A stretch of 64,000 nucleotides of DNA from Candidatus Kaiserbacteria bacterium. GTDB lineage: Bacteria; Patescibacteriota; Minisyncoccia; Phycocordibacterales; Phycocordibacteraceae. The stretch is from NCBI GenBank assembly GCA_023264445.1, contig JAHFMN010000003.1:18421-82420 (forward strand). Reading direction: 5' to 3'. Numbering within the stretch: position 1 is the first letter of the stretch; each line of letters starts with the position of its first letter. The translations under genes and the position numbers were made by a program. Shown in pieces: positions 28,077 to 38,611 of this stretch. The notes beneath the pieces are model-generated. The model saw nothing but the letters and a program-made list of their open reading frames with translations. It had not been told where the DNA came from and did no database searches.

Positions 28077-29963
28077 TCATGCGGGAGAGGAAGAAAGCGA
28101 GGAGCGCAATAGTGCCGCCATGCGTTCGGATGATTTTCCATCAAACGCGTAATTCTCAAGAAACCGTTTTTGCTGTGCGGCAAGCTCCGTTCGATACGTG
28201 GCATCACTGAACACTCGTGCAACCTCGTCCGCGAGCGCTTGCGCGCTATAGAGAATCGGCGCGGCGGGAGCATACATTTCCGCATGATAGGTGTCGGATG
28301 GGCGCCACGGGAAAAGTAGGAGCGGGATGCGGGCAAGCAACGCTTCGTAAATGACTGTTGAGTTCCCGCATATGGCTATATCACTTACGCACAATAGAGC
28401 AAACAAGTCTTCCTGATCCACGCAAACGGCATCCGCGCCGAATAATTCACGCACGAAGCGGCGCGGCTCTGACGCGCGCTGTCCGTTCCGGAACTTGAAA
28501 ATGACCTGGAGTCCCGGGACCCGTTCCTGCGCCTTGCACACCGCACGAAAGAGATCCGCGACTGCATATGATTCGGTCTGCAGATCAGGTACCGCGACGA
28601 GGAGCACCGGTCGCGCGCGATCAAGCCCCGCGCCCTGCAGTATCTTTTCTCCCCGTGCGTGCGCTTCATCACGCTCCAGAATGTAGCGATCAAAACGTGG
28701 CGAACCAACAGGAATGATTCGCCCGCCCGCGACTCCCATGCGCTCATACCACCCACGCACATACGGGCCGTACGAAGCCAGATAGTCCGCCTCCAGGCGT
28801 GAGAACACTGAACGCGGGTCCACATGGGCGCCGGCATGCTGGATTTCGATGGAAGGAATGCTCAATTGGCGGGCCAATCGCGCCAGTACGAAAAAATGGG
28901 TTTGGTAACTGCTGATCGATACGCGCAAAAGTATCTTGTCCGGCCGTTCGTGGCGCAGCAATTTCTCGCATGCTTCAATCTCTGCGATGACGCGCTCGGC
29001 ATACGCACAGACGAGATACTCGAACACCGGCTCCACTGACGACCACCCCAGCAGCGAAAACTGCGGGTGAACCGCAAGTGCTGCACGAGCAACGAGCCAT
29101 TTTTTGCGAAACTGCTCAAGGGCAGTACGGGCTACGCGGCGTACACTCCGATCGGTTGCATCACGCGGATGCGCCAACCGTACGCGATGCTTCCATATTT
29201 CTCGCCACGGGATGTTTCGTAACTCCCCGCGCTCCATAAGCACAAGCTCTACATCCTTCATCCGTTCCATAAACGGCGCAATATGATGCCAATACTCGGA
29301 TGCATAGATTCGTATTCTTCGGCGCGGCACCAATCCGATTACTGCGTTGTAGAGCATGACGGCCGCGGTGTGCCAGCGCGGACCGGGATGCATATGCCGT
29401 TCGGGCGGCAACGGTGCCTCGCCACGCGTATCAAAAGGCAGACCGCGCTTCATGGCCATCTCGCGTGCCGCATCCACCACCACGCGCATCTCAAAGTGCG
29501 TCAACGGGCCGGTTGCGGCCGATATCCGTGCCGCAGGATAGGGGACGATGAGATGTGCGTGCGGATTGGCGTTCAGAATCTGCTCAAATATCGCCCGATA
29601 GTAGAGTAGTCGTCCCAGATATATCGCGCATCCGGATTCAAGTGCTTCCCCAAGTGGAATATGCTTGTGCTCGAAAAACTGCATTTCCGGAATGCGATAC
29701 CATTCCCGCGCGGCAATTTGAGCCTCTTCGAGAAGCGGTCCGTCATCTTGATTTTGCGAACGATATTCAGCATAGGAATGGGCCGAGATGCCGCGATCCG
29801 CAAGCATACGCTCGGCCCAGAGATTGAGAGCGAGCACTTCCCCGCCTGCCTTCGCGTGTGCAACGGCCGCCTCGATCTGTTCAAGGTCATACACGACGAA
29901 CATGCCAGGCGTTTGCATGCTTTTCATATCAGTTGTGGAGTAAACGAGCGGCCGTTTGCGCAA
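28077..29963 (-). CDS. Large hypothetical protein with GT-B-like C-terminal half (KpsC/CDP-glycerol transferase/Maf-like); candidate nonulosonic-acid or polyol-phosphate transferase
   Basis: 628 aa; C-terminal LLVAVPDLQ...ICGNSTVIYEALLARIPLLLF resembles the nucleotide-binding half of GT-B transferases. Possible start at MKSMQTPG (29927). Confidence 0.4.
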   Translation of the reverse strand: MRKRPLVYSTTDMKSMQTPGMFVVYDLEQIEAAVAHAKAGGEVLALNLWAERMLADRGISAHSYAEYRSQNQDDGPLLEEAQIAAREWYRIPEMQFFEHKHIPLGEALESGCAIYLGRLLYYRAIFEQILNANPHAHLIVPYPAARISAATGPLTHFEMRVVVDAAREMAMKRGLPFDTRGEAPLPPERHMHPGPRWHTAAVMLYNAVIGLVPRRRIRIYASEYWHHIAPFMERMKDVELVLMERGELRNIPWREIWKHRVRLAHPRDATDRSVRRVARTALEQFRKKWLVARAALAVHPQFSLLGWSSVEPVFEYLVCAYAERVIAEIEACEKLLRHERPDKILLRVSISSYQTHFFVLARLARQLSIPSIEIQHAGAHVDPRSVFSRLEADYLASYGPYVRGWYERMGVAGGRIIPVGSPRFDRYILERDEAHARGEKILQGAGLDRARPVLLVAVPDLQTESYAVADLFRAVCKAQERVPGLQVIFKFRNGQRASEPRRFVRELFGADAVCVDQEDLFALLCVSDIAICGNSTVIYEALLARIPLLLFPWRPSDTYHAEMYAPAAPILYSAQALADEVARVFSDATYRTELAAQQKRFLENYAFDGKSSERMAALLRSSLSSSPA

Positions 29964-30927
29964 CTTCGCGGAGATCTACTGCCTCCAAACATTTCGCGAA
30001 GCTGGAATAGTCATGGCGACCCTTACAGATATCCGGACGAGTGAAAAGCGCGCTCGGTACGCCCGCACCGTACATCTCCGGAGACCACCATTGCATGCCG
30101 ACACAGCTTGCAAGCACGACGAGCGGCTTTCGCAGGTGCGCGGCGATGTGCGCGGCACCGGTATCAAGCGACACCATAAGCGCCGAGTGATTGATGAGCT
30201 CCGCAAGTTCCTGAAGCGATGTAGACGCCAAAACGACATTCGATGGAAATTCCTTCCCGAGGCTTTCACGCTCTGCATCGGAGCCAGTAAGTACCACCGC
30301 TACATCGCGCGGCAACGCCTCCGAGAGCGAGTGAATGAGCGTGCGGCGATTCTCGGGTGAAAGCCCGCGTGCATCCGCGCCGGAGAAAAGATGCAGTACG
30401 ACGTATTTCCCGTCGGAGAGCCCAAGTCGCTCCAGGAGATGCGGCTGCGGAACGTATGCGAATGTCGGGCGCTCAATAGCGGCGGGAATATCGAGTGCGC
30501 GAAGCGCATCAGTCTCAAGGAGGCGTGGCGCGCGAGCGCGCCCGACAAGCGGAATGAGTTTCGTGTACAGAAAACGATTTAGTCTTGATGAGTCGGTGTA
30601 ACCGACAAGCGTACGTGCGATAAGCCGTGCGGCTATCTTTGGTGCAAGTGGAAACACACCACCGGTATACGGAGTTATGACCACATCTTGCTGACCGCGA
30701 CCGAAAAGCGAAGAGAGTGAACCTGGCCTTTTATTCGCTTCAACAATCTCAAGCCACGGGTAGGCGGCAAACAAATCTCGTATCATTGCGATCCGGCTTG
30801 AGACAGCAAGCGCGAAACGCGCATCGGGAAATGCAACCCGAATATTTTCAAGCAGGTACTTCCCCATCAGAGAATCTCCGATGGAAGATGCGCGGAAGGT
30901 GAGTATGCTAGAGATGGTTCTGCTCAT
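29929..30927 (-). CDS. GT9 family glycosyltransferase (LPS heptosyltransferase RfaF/RfaC-like)
   Basis: FRASSIGDSLM N-terminus and LDTGAAHIAA near the C-terminus are hallmark GT9 motifs. Confidence 0.8.
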   Translation of the reverse strand: MSRTISSILTFRASSIGDSLMGKYLLENIRVAFPDARFALAVSSRIAMIRDLFAAYPWLEIVEANKRPGSLSSLFGRGQQDVVITPYTGGVFPLAPKIAARLIARTLVGYTDSSRLNRFLYTKLIPLVGRARAPRLLETDALRALDIPAAIERPTFAYVPQPHLLERLGLSDGKYVVLHLFSGADARGLSPENRRTLIHSLSEALPRDVAVVLTGSDAERESLGKEFPSNVVLASTSLQELAELINHSALMVSLDTGAAHIAAHLRKPLVVLASCVGMQWWSPEMYGAGVPSALFTRPDICKGRHDYSSFAKCLEAVDLREVAQTAARLLHN

Positions 30928-32092
30928 CGAGTGTTTTTCTTTCTATGAACGCCCGTACCGATTTCGCACGCCCTTCCCAGCTCAAGTCTTTTGCCGCCTC
31001 GCGCGCGCGACCTACTCGCACTTCTGCTTCTTGCGGCGACGCAAAGACTTCATGCACGGCGTCTGCGATAGCTTTTGCATTGTCTGGTTCGGCAAAATAG
31101 CCCATGCCTTCAAGGAGCACGTCGCGGATGCCAGGCACGTCCGAGGCGACGATCGGACGCCCCGAAGCCATGTACTCCATGAGTTTTGATGGGGATGACT
31201 CAATGGCGCCTGCCGCTTCCTTAGCGGTGTTGGGGATACTCAAGATGTCGGCCGCGCGCAGCCACAAGGGAATATCCCCATGAGGCTTACGTCCCGCGAT
31301 GACGATATTCTTCGGAGATCCGGCATCCTGCCACTTCTGCTTGAAACTCGCGATGTCTTCATCGGTACCACCGACAAAATAGATGATTTCTCCCTCCTTG
31401 AGATACTGGTGCGTATCAAACAACACGTCCACGCCTTTGACCGGAAACAGGTGCCCGACATACAGAATGATCTTTCCTTCAAGCGGCAGTCCAAGCTTCG
31501 TACGCGCCGCCGCCTGCGGCATATCGATGCCGAACCGTTCAAAGTTGACGCCGCACGGCGCGTACAGGATCTTCTCTTCCGAGACGCCGTAGTCGCGCAT
31601 GATTTCCGTTCGGAGCGGCTTGGTGGCGGCGATGATGCCGCGCATGAGATTGAAGCCGCGGCGGTTGATGAAATCAAGGCCGCTGCGGTAGTACATGTGT
31701 ATTTCAGAGAATGTATTTGTGCTCAGCCAGTGAGCGGTAAAGGCATCACGCAGGTCAAAGAAATAAAATATCGTATTCTTCCGATCCTTCAGGAAGAGCA
31801 TCTTGAAGAAGACAGAGACGACAAAGCTCCCAAGCATGAGTAAGAATCCGAACTTCCCCGCCGTAAACGGCATGATGTCGATTACCGGCAGTTTTCGTAT
31901 CGTGAAGTTGCGTTCGATGAGATGGTAGTCAAAGGGGTCGGTGTGCACGAGCTCCGGGATGTTCTGCCGGCGCGGGGCCCAGAGCTCCACCTCCATTCCC
32001 TCGCGCGCAAACGATTCGAGCACGCGCATCATATAGGGCGCCATCGTCTTTTCTGACGGAAAGCGCCAATGGGAGACACAGACGAGCTTCAT
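30908..32092 (-). CDS. GT4 glycosyltransferase (GT-B, Glycos_transf_1)
   Basis: 394 aa; E-x7-E-like C-terminal region (EYMASGRPIVASDVPG). Confidence 0.8.
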   Translation of the reverse strand: MKLVCVSHWRFPSEKTMAPYMMRVLESFAREGMEVELWAPRRQNIPELVHTDPFDYHLIERNFTIRKLPVIDIMPFTAGKFGFLLMLGSFVVSVFFKMLFLKDRKNTIFYFFDLRDAFTAHWLSTNTFSEIHMYYRSGLDFINRRGFNLMRGIIAATKPLRTEIMRDYGVSEEKILYAPCGVNFERFGIDMPQAAARTKLGLPLEGKIILYVGHLFPVKGVDVLFDTHQYLKEGEIIYFVGGTDEDIASFKQKWQDAGSPKNIVIAGRKPHGDIPLWLRAADILSIPNTAKEAAGAIESSPSKLMEYMASGRPIVASDVPGIRDVLLEGMGYFAEPDNAKAIADAVHEVFASPQEAEVRVGRAREAAKDLSWEGRAKSVRAFIERKTLDEQNHL

Positions 32093-32125
32093 AGGTGGGA
32101 TAACCTCCGCAGACGCGTCAAGGTA

Positions 32126-32803
32126 TCAGAGCCCAAGCCGCATTTTGATGAGGTATTTCAGCATGCGCCAACCGTCGCGAAAAGGGTTCAGCTTGGATTC
32201 GCCGAGCCGCGGGTGATACGGGATATGGTACTCGGCGAAACGAATTCGGGGATTAGTGGCAGCGCGCACCTTTATTTCCTGTGTGAGCGACATGCCCTTG
32301 CTTTCCTCCGTCTGTTCGAGCTTCATGTGATCAAGCGCGCTCTTACGGAAGATCCACATACCCGATTGCGCATCGTAGAGTCGTAGGTTGAACAGCACGT
32401 TGGTCGCTATCGTGAGCCCCCAGTTCCCCACTTTTCGGATGAGCGGCATCGAACCCGCATCATCAAGCGGAAATCGTGCTGCAGAAACAAAATCCAGATT
32501 ATTTTCAACGAGAAACTCCGCTATCTCTACGACCTTGTAGGGCGGATACTGGTTGTCGCCATCCAAGGTCGCGATGATGTCGCCCTGCGCATTGCGGAAG
32601 CCGCAGGCAAGCGCGGGCCCGTAGCCCTGCTTTGCTTCCGGGACCACGCGCGCACCGGCCTCTCGCGCAATCTCTGCCGTCCGATCGGTCGAATTATTGT
32701 CAACAACGAGGATTTCCAGAACGCCTTTGGGTACTGCGCCAATGACTTCTGCGATGGATTTCTCCTCGTTGTGACACGGAATGACTACCGAGATCGATGC
32801 CAT
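32126..32803 (-). CDS. GT2 polyprenyl-phosphate sugar synthase (Dpm1/GtrB-like)
   Basis: ISVVIPCHNEEKSI...VVDNNSTDRT...TLDGDNQYPP; 225 aa catalytic-domain-only form. Confidence 0.8.
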   Translation of the reverse strand: MASISVVIPCHNEEKSIAEVIGAVPKGVLEILVVDNNSTDRTAEIAREAGARVVPEAKQGYGPALACGFRNAQGDIIATLDGDNQYPPYKVVEIAEFLVENNLDFVSAARFPLDDAGSMPLIRKVGNWGLTIATNVLFNLRLYDAQSGMWIFRKSALDHMKLEQTEESKGMSLTQEIKVRAATNPRIRFAEYHIPYHPRLGESKLNPFRDGWRMLKYLIKMRLGL

Positions 32804-34152
32804 AAAGTCTTACAATACAGGAATCCATATAAAGCGAAAGGGATAATGAATGCTTCGACCGGCAAACGATATCTCGCATTTACCGTGAGTCCGACGATGA
32901 TGGTCGTAAGTGCCATATAGAAGATGGTCGCGAGTAGTGTGGCGGCGTAAGGTGTGAGACCTTCCTTCCGCACGTAATGAACTGCGCCGATACAGAAGAG
33001 AATCGTCGCAATGACCCATACAATGCGCATAAGAAGTACCAGAACAAACGGCGATTGCAGATAATGCCCGATGAACCAAAGAAATTTGAGTGGGTCGCTG
33101 AGCAGCAGGAAGAGCGCTGATGTCCCAAGAGACATGTCCGGTCGAACTTCAAGAAGTCGCAACACGTTCAACATACCGTCATGAGTGAAGAATGCTATCT
33201 CTATAGTGCCAGCTGTCAGTAGAAGCGCTATCGGATGCTGTGCGAGAAGGGTAAGTGCACGGGTCGTATAACCCTGCGCCTGATCAAGATTCGTCGCATT
33301 CGGTCCTGAGATACCCTGGGCTTCTATTTTCTTGAATTCAGTATCGAAGCTTGTACCGTGTTCTATAGACAGCACCGATGGCAGGAGATTTGCATAGAGA
33401 TTGACTCCCGTCTGCGGTGTGAGCGCAAAAACGCCGAACGCAACTTTATTTCGATACATCCACGGTGCTATCACGATGAAGAAGATGAGGAGATAGGCGG
33501 CGACATGTGTGATGATATTTTTCGTCAGATGTTTCCGTGCTTCCCAAAGAATGATGGCGGCAATAATGATGGGGAGAAATTCAGTTGTTGGGCGCGTAAG
33601 AGTTGAAAATCCGATAAGAGCCGCGGAGATGATTAGAGAGAGGAGTTGCTTTCGTTCGAAATAATCGAAGAGGTAGTAGAGCGAGAGGAAGAGGAAGAAC
33701 ATCGAAAGCATTTCGCTATAGAAAAGTATTGAGAGAAGTACGGAAACCGGCTCAAGCGCAAGGAAGATGCCGGTTCCAAGAACGACTGTCTTCGAAGGAG
33801 AGAGACGGCGTGCAAGTCGCATGGCGATAAGAGGAAGCGAACACCCGATAAGTAGAGTGAGTATGAATGGCAGCCAATAATTTCCTCCTGCAAGCCCGGC
33901 AGTCCACGCGAGGAAGTAGGGTTGTAGCGGCGCACGGAACGAGCTCGGCGTAAACGGCGGGCCACCCGCTCCCGAGAATCCATGTCCGTGCAGGAGATTC
34001 TGGCTGATGACGAAATAACCATCCGCGGCAGAACTCGTTTCTGTGAGGTTCCAATCATGGGCCTGCATCGCGAGGCCGAAATAGAACAGTCGGGCGATAA
34101 GGGCGAGAGAGAAAATAGCGACCTCGATCTTGTGCGCGCGAATGAAGTGCAT
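32785..34152 (-). CDS. GT-C fold membrane glycosyltransferase (PMT_2/ArnT-like)
   Basis: 455 aa, about 11 TM segments. Directly downstream of the Dpm1-like GT2 and divergent from the GtrA gene. Confidence 0.6.
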   Translation of the reverse strand: MHFIRAHKIEVAIFSLALIARLFYFGLAMQAHDWNLTETSSAADGYFVISQNLLHGHGFSGAGGPPFTPSSFRAPLQPYFLAWTAGLAGGNYWLPFILTLLIGCSLPLIAMRLARRLSPSKTVVLGTGIFLALEPVSVLLSILFYSEMLSMFFLFLSLYYLFDYFERKQLLSLIISAALIGFSTLTRPTTEFLPIIIAAIILWEARKHLTKNIITHVAAYLLIFFIVIAPWMYRNKVAFGVFALTPQTGVNLYANLLPSVLSIEHGTSFDTEFKKIEAQGISGPNATNLDQAQGYTTRALTLLAQHPIALLLTAGTIEIAFFTHDGMLNVLRLLEVRPDMSLGTSALFLLLSDPLKFLWFIGHYLQSPFVLVLLMRIVWVIATILFCIGAVHYVRKEGLTPYAATLLATIFYMALTTIIVGLTVNARYRLPVEAFIIPFALYGFLYCKTLWHRSR

Positions 34153-34199
34153 GAATCACATTCTACTTCATGCTAGGATGAACGCAATCAAAGCGTCCT

Positions 34200-34682
34200 A
34201 TGGACCCCATCCTGCAGTTATGCAAGAAGTTCCTGGAAATGCGCATCGTCCGCACGCTCACGGTGGGAGTCATTGCGGTTACCGTGCAGACTATAGTGTT
34301 CGAACTCCTTGCGGTGTACCTGCGGATTCTTCCTCCCAGCTCCGCCGTGATCATCGGCGCGGAAGTCGCTATTTTGACGAACTTCTACCTGAACAACCGT
34401 TTTTCTTTCGGCGACCGAAAACATGATCTCCCGCTCTTTTCACGCCTCGTGCGCTTTCATCTCGTCGTAAGCGGCTCTGTATTCTTGCAGTGGCTCTTCG
34501 TCTTCCTTGTCGAACGACAGACGTCCGATTGGCTTTTCATCCACGCTGCCTATGCAGCCGGCATTATTCTTGGCTTCTTCTGGAACTACACTTTCTACCT
34601 TCTTTTTGTCTGGCGGCATGTCCCGCCGCAAGCGGAAGATCAATCCTTGAGCCGATACAATTCAAACCGGCCGTCGCTATAG
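34200..34682 (+). CDS. GtrA-family flippase-like protein
   Basis: 160 aa, 4 TM. Positioned beside a GtrB-like GT2 and a GT-C transferase, the classic three-component Gtr layout. Confidence 0.7.
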   Translation: MDPILQLCKKFLEMRIVRTLTVGVIAVTVQTIVFELLAVYLRILPPSSAVIIGAEVAILTNFYLNNRFSFGDRKHDLPLFSRLVRFHLVVSGSVFLQWLFVFLVERQTSDWLFIHAAYAAGIILGFFWNYTFYLLFVWRHVPPQAEDQSLSRYNSNRPSL

Positions 34683-36421
34683 ACACGCACGGCGCCCAGT
34701 TTTTCCGGATGATACTGCGGGTCGAGAACGATATCCTTCAAGATGTAAGAGACGTGGTACTTCTGTAGATACGCTTGTATGTTCGGCTTGATATCGGTTT
34801 GGAATTGCCGTTCCAAGTCATTAAAGAATTTTTCGCCCATGAGTTCGGCCGATGTGGGCGGTATACCGCAGTCCTTATTTTTATCCCAGAAATACACTAT
34901 CCGGCAGATCTTGATGCCGCGTTCGATTGTCTTTGCATGATGATAGACGTCCTGCCGCCCGAGATAGGTGCCTATATCATCTTTTAGATCTTGCACGGTC
35001 GGATTATTGAAATAACTCGCGACTAAATACCGCTCCCGTATCTCTGCATTTGAAACCAAATGGAAAATGGTCGGTCCGGCGTAGAGGACGAAATGCCGGG
35101 TGAAGATGGGGAGCTCTTCCGTTGAGAAATCGTTTGGACTGCCCCAGACCACGACCGGCTGCGACTCGTGTGCATTGAGCCATGCGTAGGGTGCCGCATA
35201 GAGCTGTTGTGTCTTCCAAAATGCCGGGGCGATGTCAAAGAGAAAGCCCTTTAGATGCGTATACATAAAATTGCTTGCTCCAAACATGAGCACTGCAAAA
35301 CCGGCAATACAGAGAAGCCGCATGCCTTTCGTGATTTCGGCACGATGCCGCCATACCGGCAAAGCTGCGCCAATGCCTGCCCACACGAGCCAGGTGCCTA
35401 TGAATGGCCGCATGTGCACGGATGTTTCCAAAAGCTGGCCGGTTATGAGATTGCTTCCCTGCATGATCCAAAGTCCAAGGCCTCCAAGAACGATAAAAAA
35501 CCCGATAGATCGGAAATATACATCCCGCCGCAATGCCTCAATGCGCCAGTAGAGAATGCCGAGTAGCGCAAGAGCGGCGCCAATCCATCCACCCGAGTAG
35601 ATGACCTCGGCTTCAGGCAGATGTGTCGCTACAAGGCCAAATCGCGCGATACTTTCCCAGAAAGCGGGATTGGTATGCGAAATCCAGAGCGTATAGAGAA
35701 GAGTCGGCAGACCAATGCCGCCGCCGATGGACGAGGCAATCAAGGTGGCGCGCAGAAGAGGCCACTGCCGCCGTAGCAGAGCATAGAGCGCAAGGAGACC
35801 GAGCGTAATGACGACCGTCTGCCAGAGATAGCTAAAGACCCAGAACGTGGCGCCTGCCGCCAAGCCGAGGAAGAACGTGTTGGCCTTATTCGGATTTTTG
35901 AGGAACCGCGCAAGAACGATGTAGAAAAGGAGGAAGAAAGGATAGACCGTCTGGCGACTACTCATGCGGAAGATGAGCCCGCACGTTTGTATGAAGGCAA
36001 ATAATGCACCCGCCGCGCTGAGCCACTTCGGCGCGCGAAGCTCGCGGAGAAGCCAATAGAACAGTACGACGAAGATGATGCCCCACAGGATGTAATCGAG
36101 CGTTGCTGACGTCATAAGCGGTATGTGGAACAAAAGCGGCAGAGAAGAAAGCCACGTTCCGCCGAAAATCACCAGCGGCATATCGCCCGCATGCTCAAGG
36201 AGATACGGATTGCCGAAACCCCAATGACCCTCGGCTACGGCATGTGCTTGCGCATAGTAGAGGAACTCGTCGCCGTATGCCTGCGGTATGCCCCGCCAAT
36301 CCTCCCCGATGAACATCCACGCCTCCAGAGCCGGCGCAAGCGCGACGAGGAGCGCGAATACGAGCGCGACGAGGAGCGCGCGATGCTTCTGTACAAAATC
36401 TTTCACGTTCTCGAAGCGCAT
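34640..36421 (-). CDS. Large polytopic membrane protein, putative GT-C-type transferase or polymerase with C-terminal extracytoplasmic domain
   Basis: 593 aa, more than 10 TM segments, then a ~200 aa soluble C-terminal domain. No precise family assignable. Confidence 0.45.
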   Translation of the reverse strand: MRFENVKDFVQKHRALLVALVFALLVALAPALEAWMFIGEDWRGIPQAYGDEFLYYAQAHAVAEGHWGFGNPYLLEHAGDMPLVIFGGTWLSSLPLLFHIPLMTSATLDYILWGIIFVVLFYWLLRELRAPKWLSAAGALFAFIQTCGLIFRMSSRQTVYPFFLLFYIVLARFLKNPNKANTFFLGLAAGATFWVFSYLWQTVVITLGLLALYALLRRQWPLLRATLIASSIGGGIGLPTLLYTLWISHTNPAFWESIARFGLVATHLPEAEVIYSGGWIGAALALLGILYWRIEALRRDVYFRSIGFFIVLGGLGLWIMQGSNLITGQLLETSVHMRPFIGTWLVWAGIGAALPVWRHRAEITKGMRLLCIAGFAVLMFGASNFMYTHLKGFLFDIAPAFWKTQQLYAAPYAWLNAHESQPVVVWGSPNDFSTEELPIFTRHFVLYAGPTIFHLVSNAEIRERYLVASYFNNPTVQDLKDDIGTYLGRQDVYHHAKTIERGIKICRIVYFWDKNKDCGIPPTSAELMGEKFFNDLERQFQTDIKPNIQAYLQKYHVSYILKDIVLDPQYHPEKLGAVRVYSDGRFELYRLKD

Positions 36422-36423
36422 GA

Positions 36424-37506
36424 TTAGGACGTAAAGAGAGGAGCCAGTGATTCCTTATTAGCGATGAGCCATGCGTGGACATCGCCCATGATGGTTTCAA
36501 TATTTCGCTTCGGTTTCCAGCCGGAAAGCTTCTCGAACTTCGAGAAGTCCGAAATATATAACTTCACGTCCCCAAAACTATTTTCCGGAACCGAACCAAT
36601 GGCAATCTGTTGCCCGCTTATCCGCTCGCACACGCGCGTCAGCTCCCGGAGCGAAGCGCTGTTTGCGACTCCTCCACCCAGATTGAACGTACTCCCTGCA
36701 AGCGTGTCGAAGTGGTCGAGCTGATACGACAGCGCATCGAAGAGGTCATCGGGATGGAGGAAATCCCGCACTTGCTTCCCTTCCCCGCCCCAACCGAAAT
36801 ACGCGAGCTTCTGGTTCGGGAACACATGCCGCGCCATCCAGAGGACGGCAAGGCCTTGGTCCACCTTCCCGAATTGCCAGGGTCCCCCGATGATGCCGCA
36901 CCGATTGATGATGGCGCGCGTGCCATAGAGAAGTCCGTACTCTTTGATGAGGATTTCCGAGGCAAGCTTTGTGCCTCCATAGAGCGTCCTTTCTCCATCT
37001 ATACCCATGGGGAACGACTCAGCAATGCCCCGCTCCGTAATGCCGGACATTGTCTGATCGGGTGCAACGGCAAATCGCGTGTCCGTCTCGATAGTTCTGA
37101 TTTCGTTCAGTTCGCGTACCGGATATATCCGGCTCGTTGACAGGAACAGCACTGATGCAGTTGTACGCCGCGCAAGCTCGAGTACATTGACGGTTCCCCA
37201 GAGATTCGTCTCAAGCACATACATGGGCGAGCCGCCTTTCCCTGCCATCACCGACGGCTCGGCGGCACAATCAATGATGAGGTCAACCGTATCAAACGGT
37301 GTGAATGTCTCTATGTTTCGTACGTCGCCTTTGATGCACTCGATCCCGGCCGCGGTAAGCCGCGGTACATTCAGTTCGGATCCCTTGCGGATGAAATTAT
37401 CAACGGCCGTAACCCGGCTATCCGGAAATTTTTCCTTGAGCCTAAGCGCGAGCGAGGATCCGACGAATCCGCATCCGCCCGTGATGAGTATGTGGTGGAA
37501 GGTCAT
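36424..37506 (-). CDS. NAD-dependent epimerase/dehydratase (CDP-paratose 2-epimerase-like)
   Basis: ILITGGCGFVGSSL, YGGTKLASE (YxxxK). Confidence 0.8.
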   Translation of the reverse strand: MTFHHILITGGCGFVGSSLALRLKEKFPDSRVTAVDNFIRKGSELNVPRLTAAGIECIKGDVRNIETFTPFDTVDLIIDCAAEPSVMAGKGGSPMYVLETNLWGTVNVLELARRTTASVLFLSTSRIYPVRELNEIRTIETDTRFAVAPDQTMSGITERGIAESFPMGIDGERTLYGGTKLASEILIKEYGLLYGTRAIINRCGIIGGPWQFGKVDQGLAVLWMARHVFPNQKLAYFGWGGEGKQVRDFLHPDDLFDALSYQLDHFDTLAGSTFNLGGGVANSASLRELTRVCERISGQQIAIGSVPENSFGDVKLYISDFSKFEKLSGWKPKRNIETIMGDVHAWLIANKESLAPLFTS

Positions 37507-37512
37507 AGAAGA

Positions 37513-38565
37513 CTATTCTCGCACATGCGCGCACAGATCTCGGAGGGTCGCGTCTATGTCGTAGGTAATGTCCCATTCCGGATAATGGGATTTGAATTTC
37601 CCGAGGTCGGTGATGTACCAGATATGGTCTCCGACGCGCGGCGTGTCGTCGTAGACGACATTCGCCTTCTTGCCGGTAAGCTTCTCTATCTTCTCAATCG
37701 CTTCTAGCATGGAGACGTTTGCCTGACGCCCGCCGCCTGCGTTGTAGACCTCGCCAGGATGAGGATTCTGATGGAAATGCCAGAACATGTTGACGAGGTC
37801 GCGTGCGTGAATATTGTCGCGTACCTGTTTCCCTTTGTAACCGAATATCGTATACGGAGCACCCGTTGCGATGCACTTCACTAGATAGGAGAGGAATCCA
37901 TGCAATTGCGCCCCGCTATGATTCGGGCCCGTGAGACATCCGCCGCGGAATACGCCGGTCTTGAGGCCAAAGTATTTCCCGTATTCCTGTACCATCACGT
38001 CGGCGGCGACTTTTGAAGCGCCGAAAACGCTGTGGAGCGTCTGGTCAATGCTCATAGACTCGTTGATACCTGCATGAAATGCATGCGCCGGATCAATCTC
38101 CCACCGCGTATCGGTCTCTATGAGCGGCAAGTAGTTCGGCTGATCACCGTACACTTTATTCGTTGAGGTAAAGATGAAGGTCGCCTGTGGTACGAATTGC
38201 CGCACGCTTTCAAGGAGCACGAGCGTCCCAATCGCATTCACGGAAAAATCAGTATGCGGCTCTTTCGCGGCCCAATCGTGACTTGGCTGGGCTGCTGTGT
38301 GGATGACGATGTCGGGAATATATTCCTTGATGAGTTCCTCCATCTGCGCGCGATTGCGGATGTCGGCGACATAATGCCGGTACTGCGCTCCTAAGTCCTT
38401 GGCGAGCTGTTCTTGGTTCCACGTCGTGCTTGCGCCTTCGCCAAAGAAATATTTGCGCATGTCATTGTCCACGCCGACTATCTGGTATCCTTTTCCAGCA
38501 AAAAACCGAGCTGATTCAGAGCCGATTAACCCCGCGGAGCCGGTAATGAGAGCGACTTTTGCCAT
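37513..38565 (-). CDS. NAD-dependent epimerase/dehydratase (tandem paralog)
   Basis: [22 protein letters not shown] (YxxxK equivalent), 350 aa. Confidence 0.8.
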   Translation of the reverse strand: MAKVALITGSAGLIGSESARFFAGKGYQIVGVDNDMRKYFFGEGASTTWNQEQLAKDLGAQYRHYVADIRNRAQMEELIKEYIPDIVIHTAAQPSHDWAAKEPHTDFSVNAIGTLVLLESVRQFVPQATFIFTSTNKVYGDQPNYLPLIETDTRWEIDPAHAFHAGINESMSIDQTLHSVFGASKVAADVMVQEYGKYFGLKTGVFRGGCLTGPNHSGAQLHGFLSYLVKCIATGAPYTIFGYKGKQVRDNIHARDLVNMFWHFHQNPHPGEVYNAGGGRQANVSMLEAIEKIEKLTGKKANVVYDDTPRVGDHIWYITDLGKFKSHYPEWDITYDIDATLRDLCAHVRE

Positions 38566-38611
38566 ACAATATCGCGATTATGCTAACACAGAACTATGAT
38601 AGAGTCCTGTC

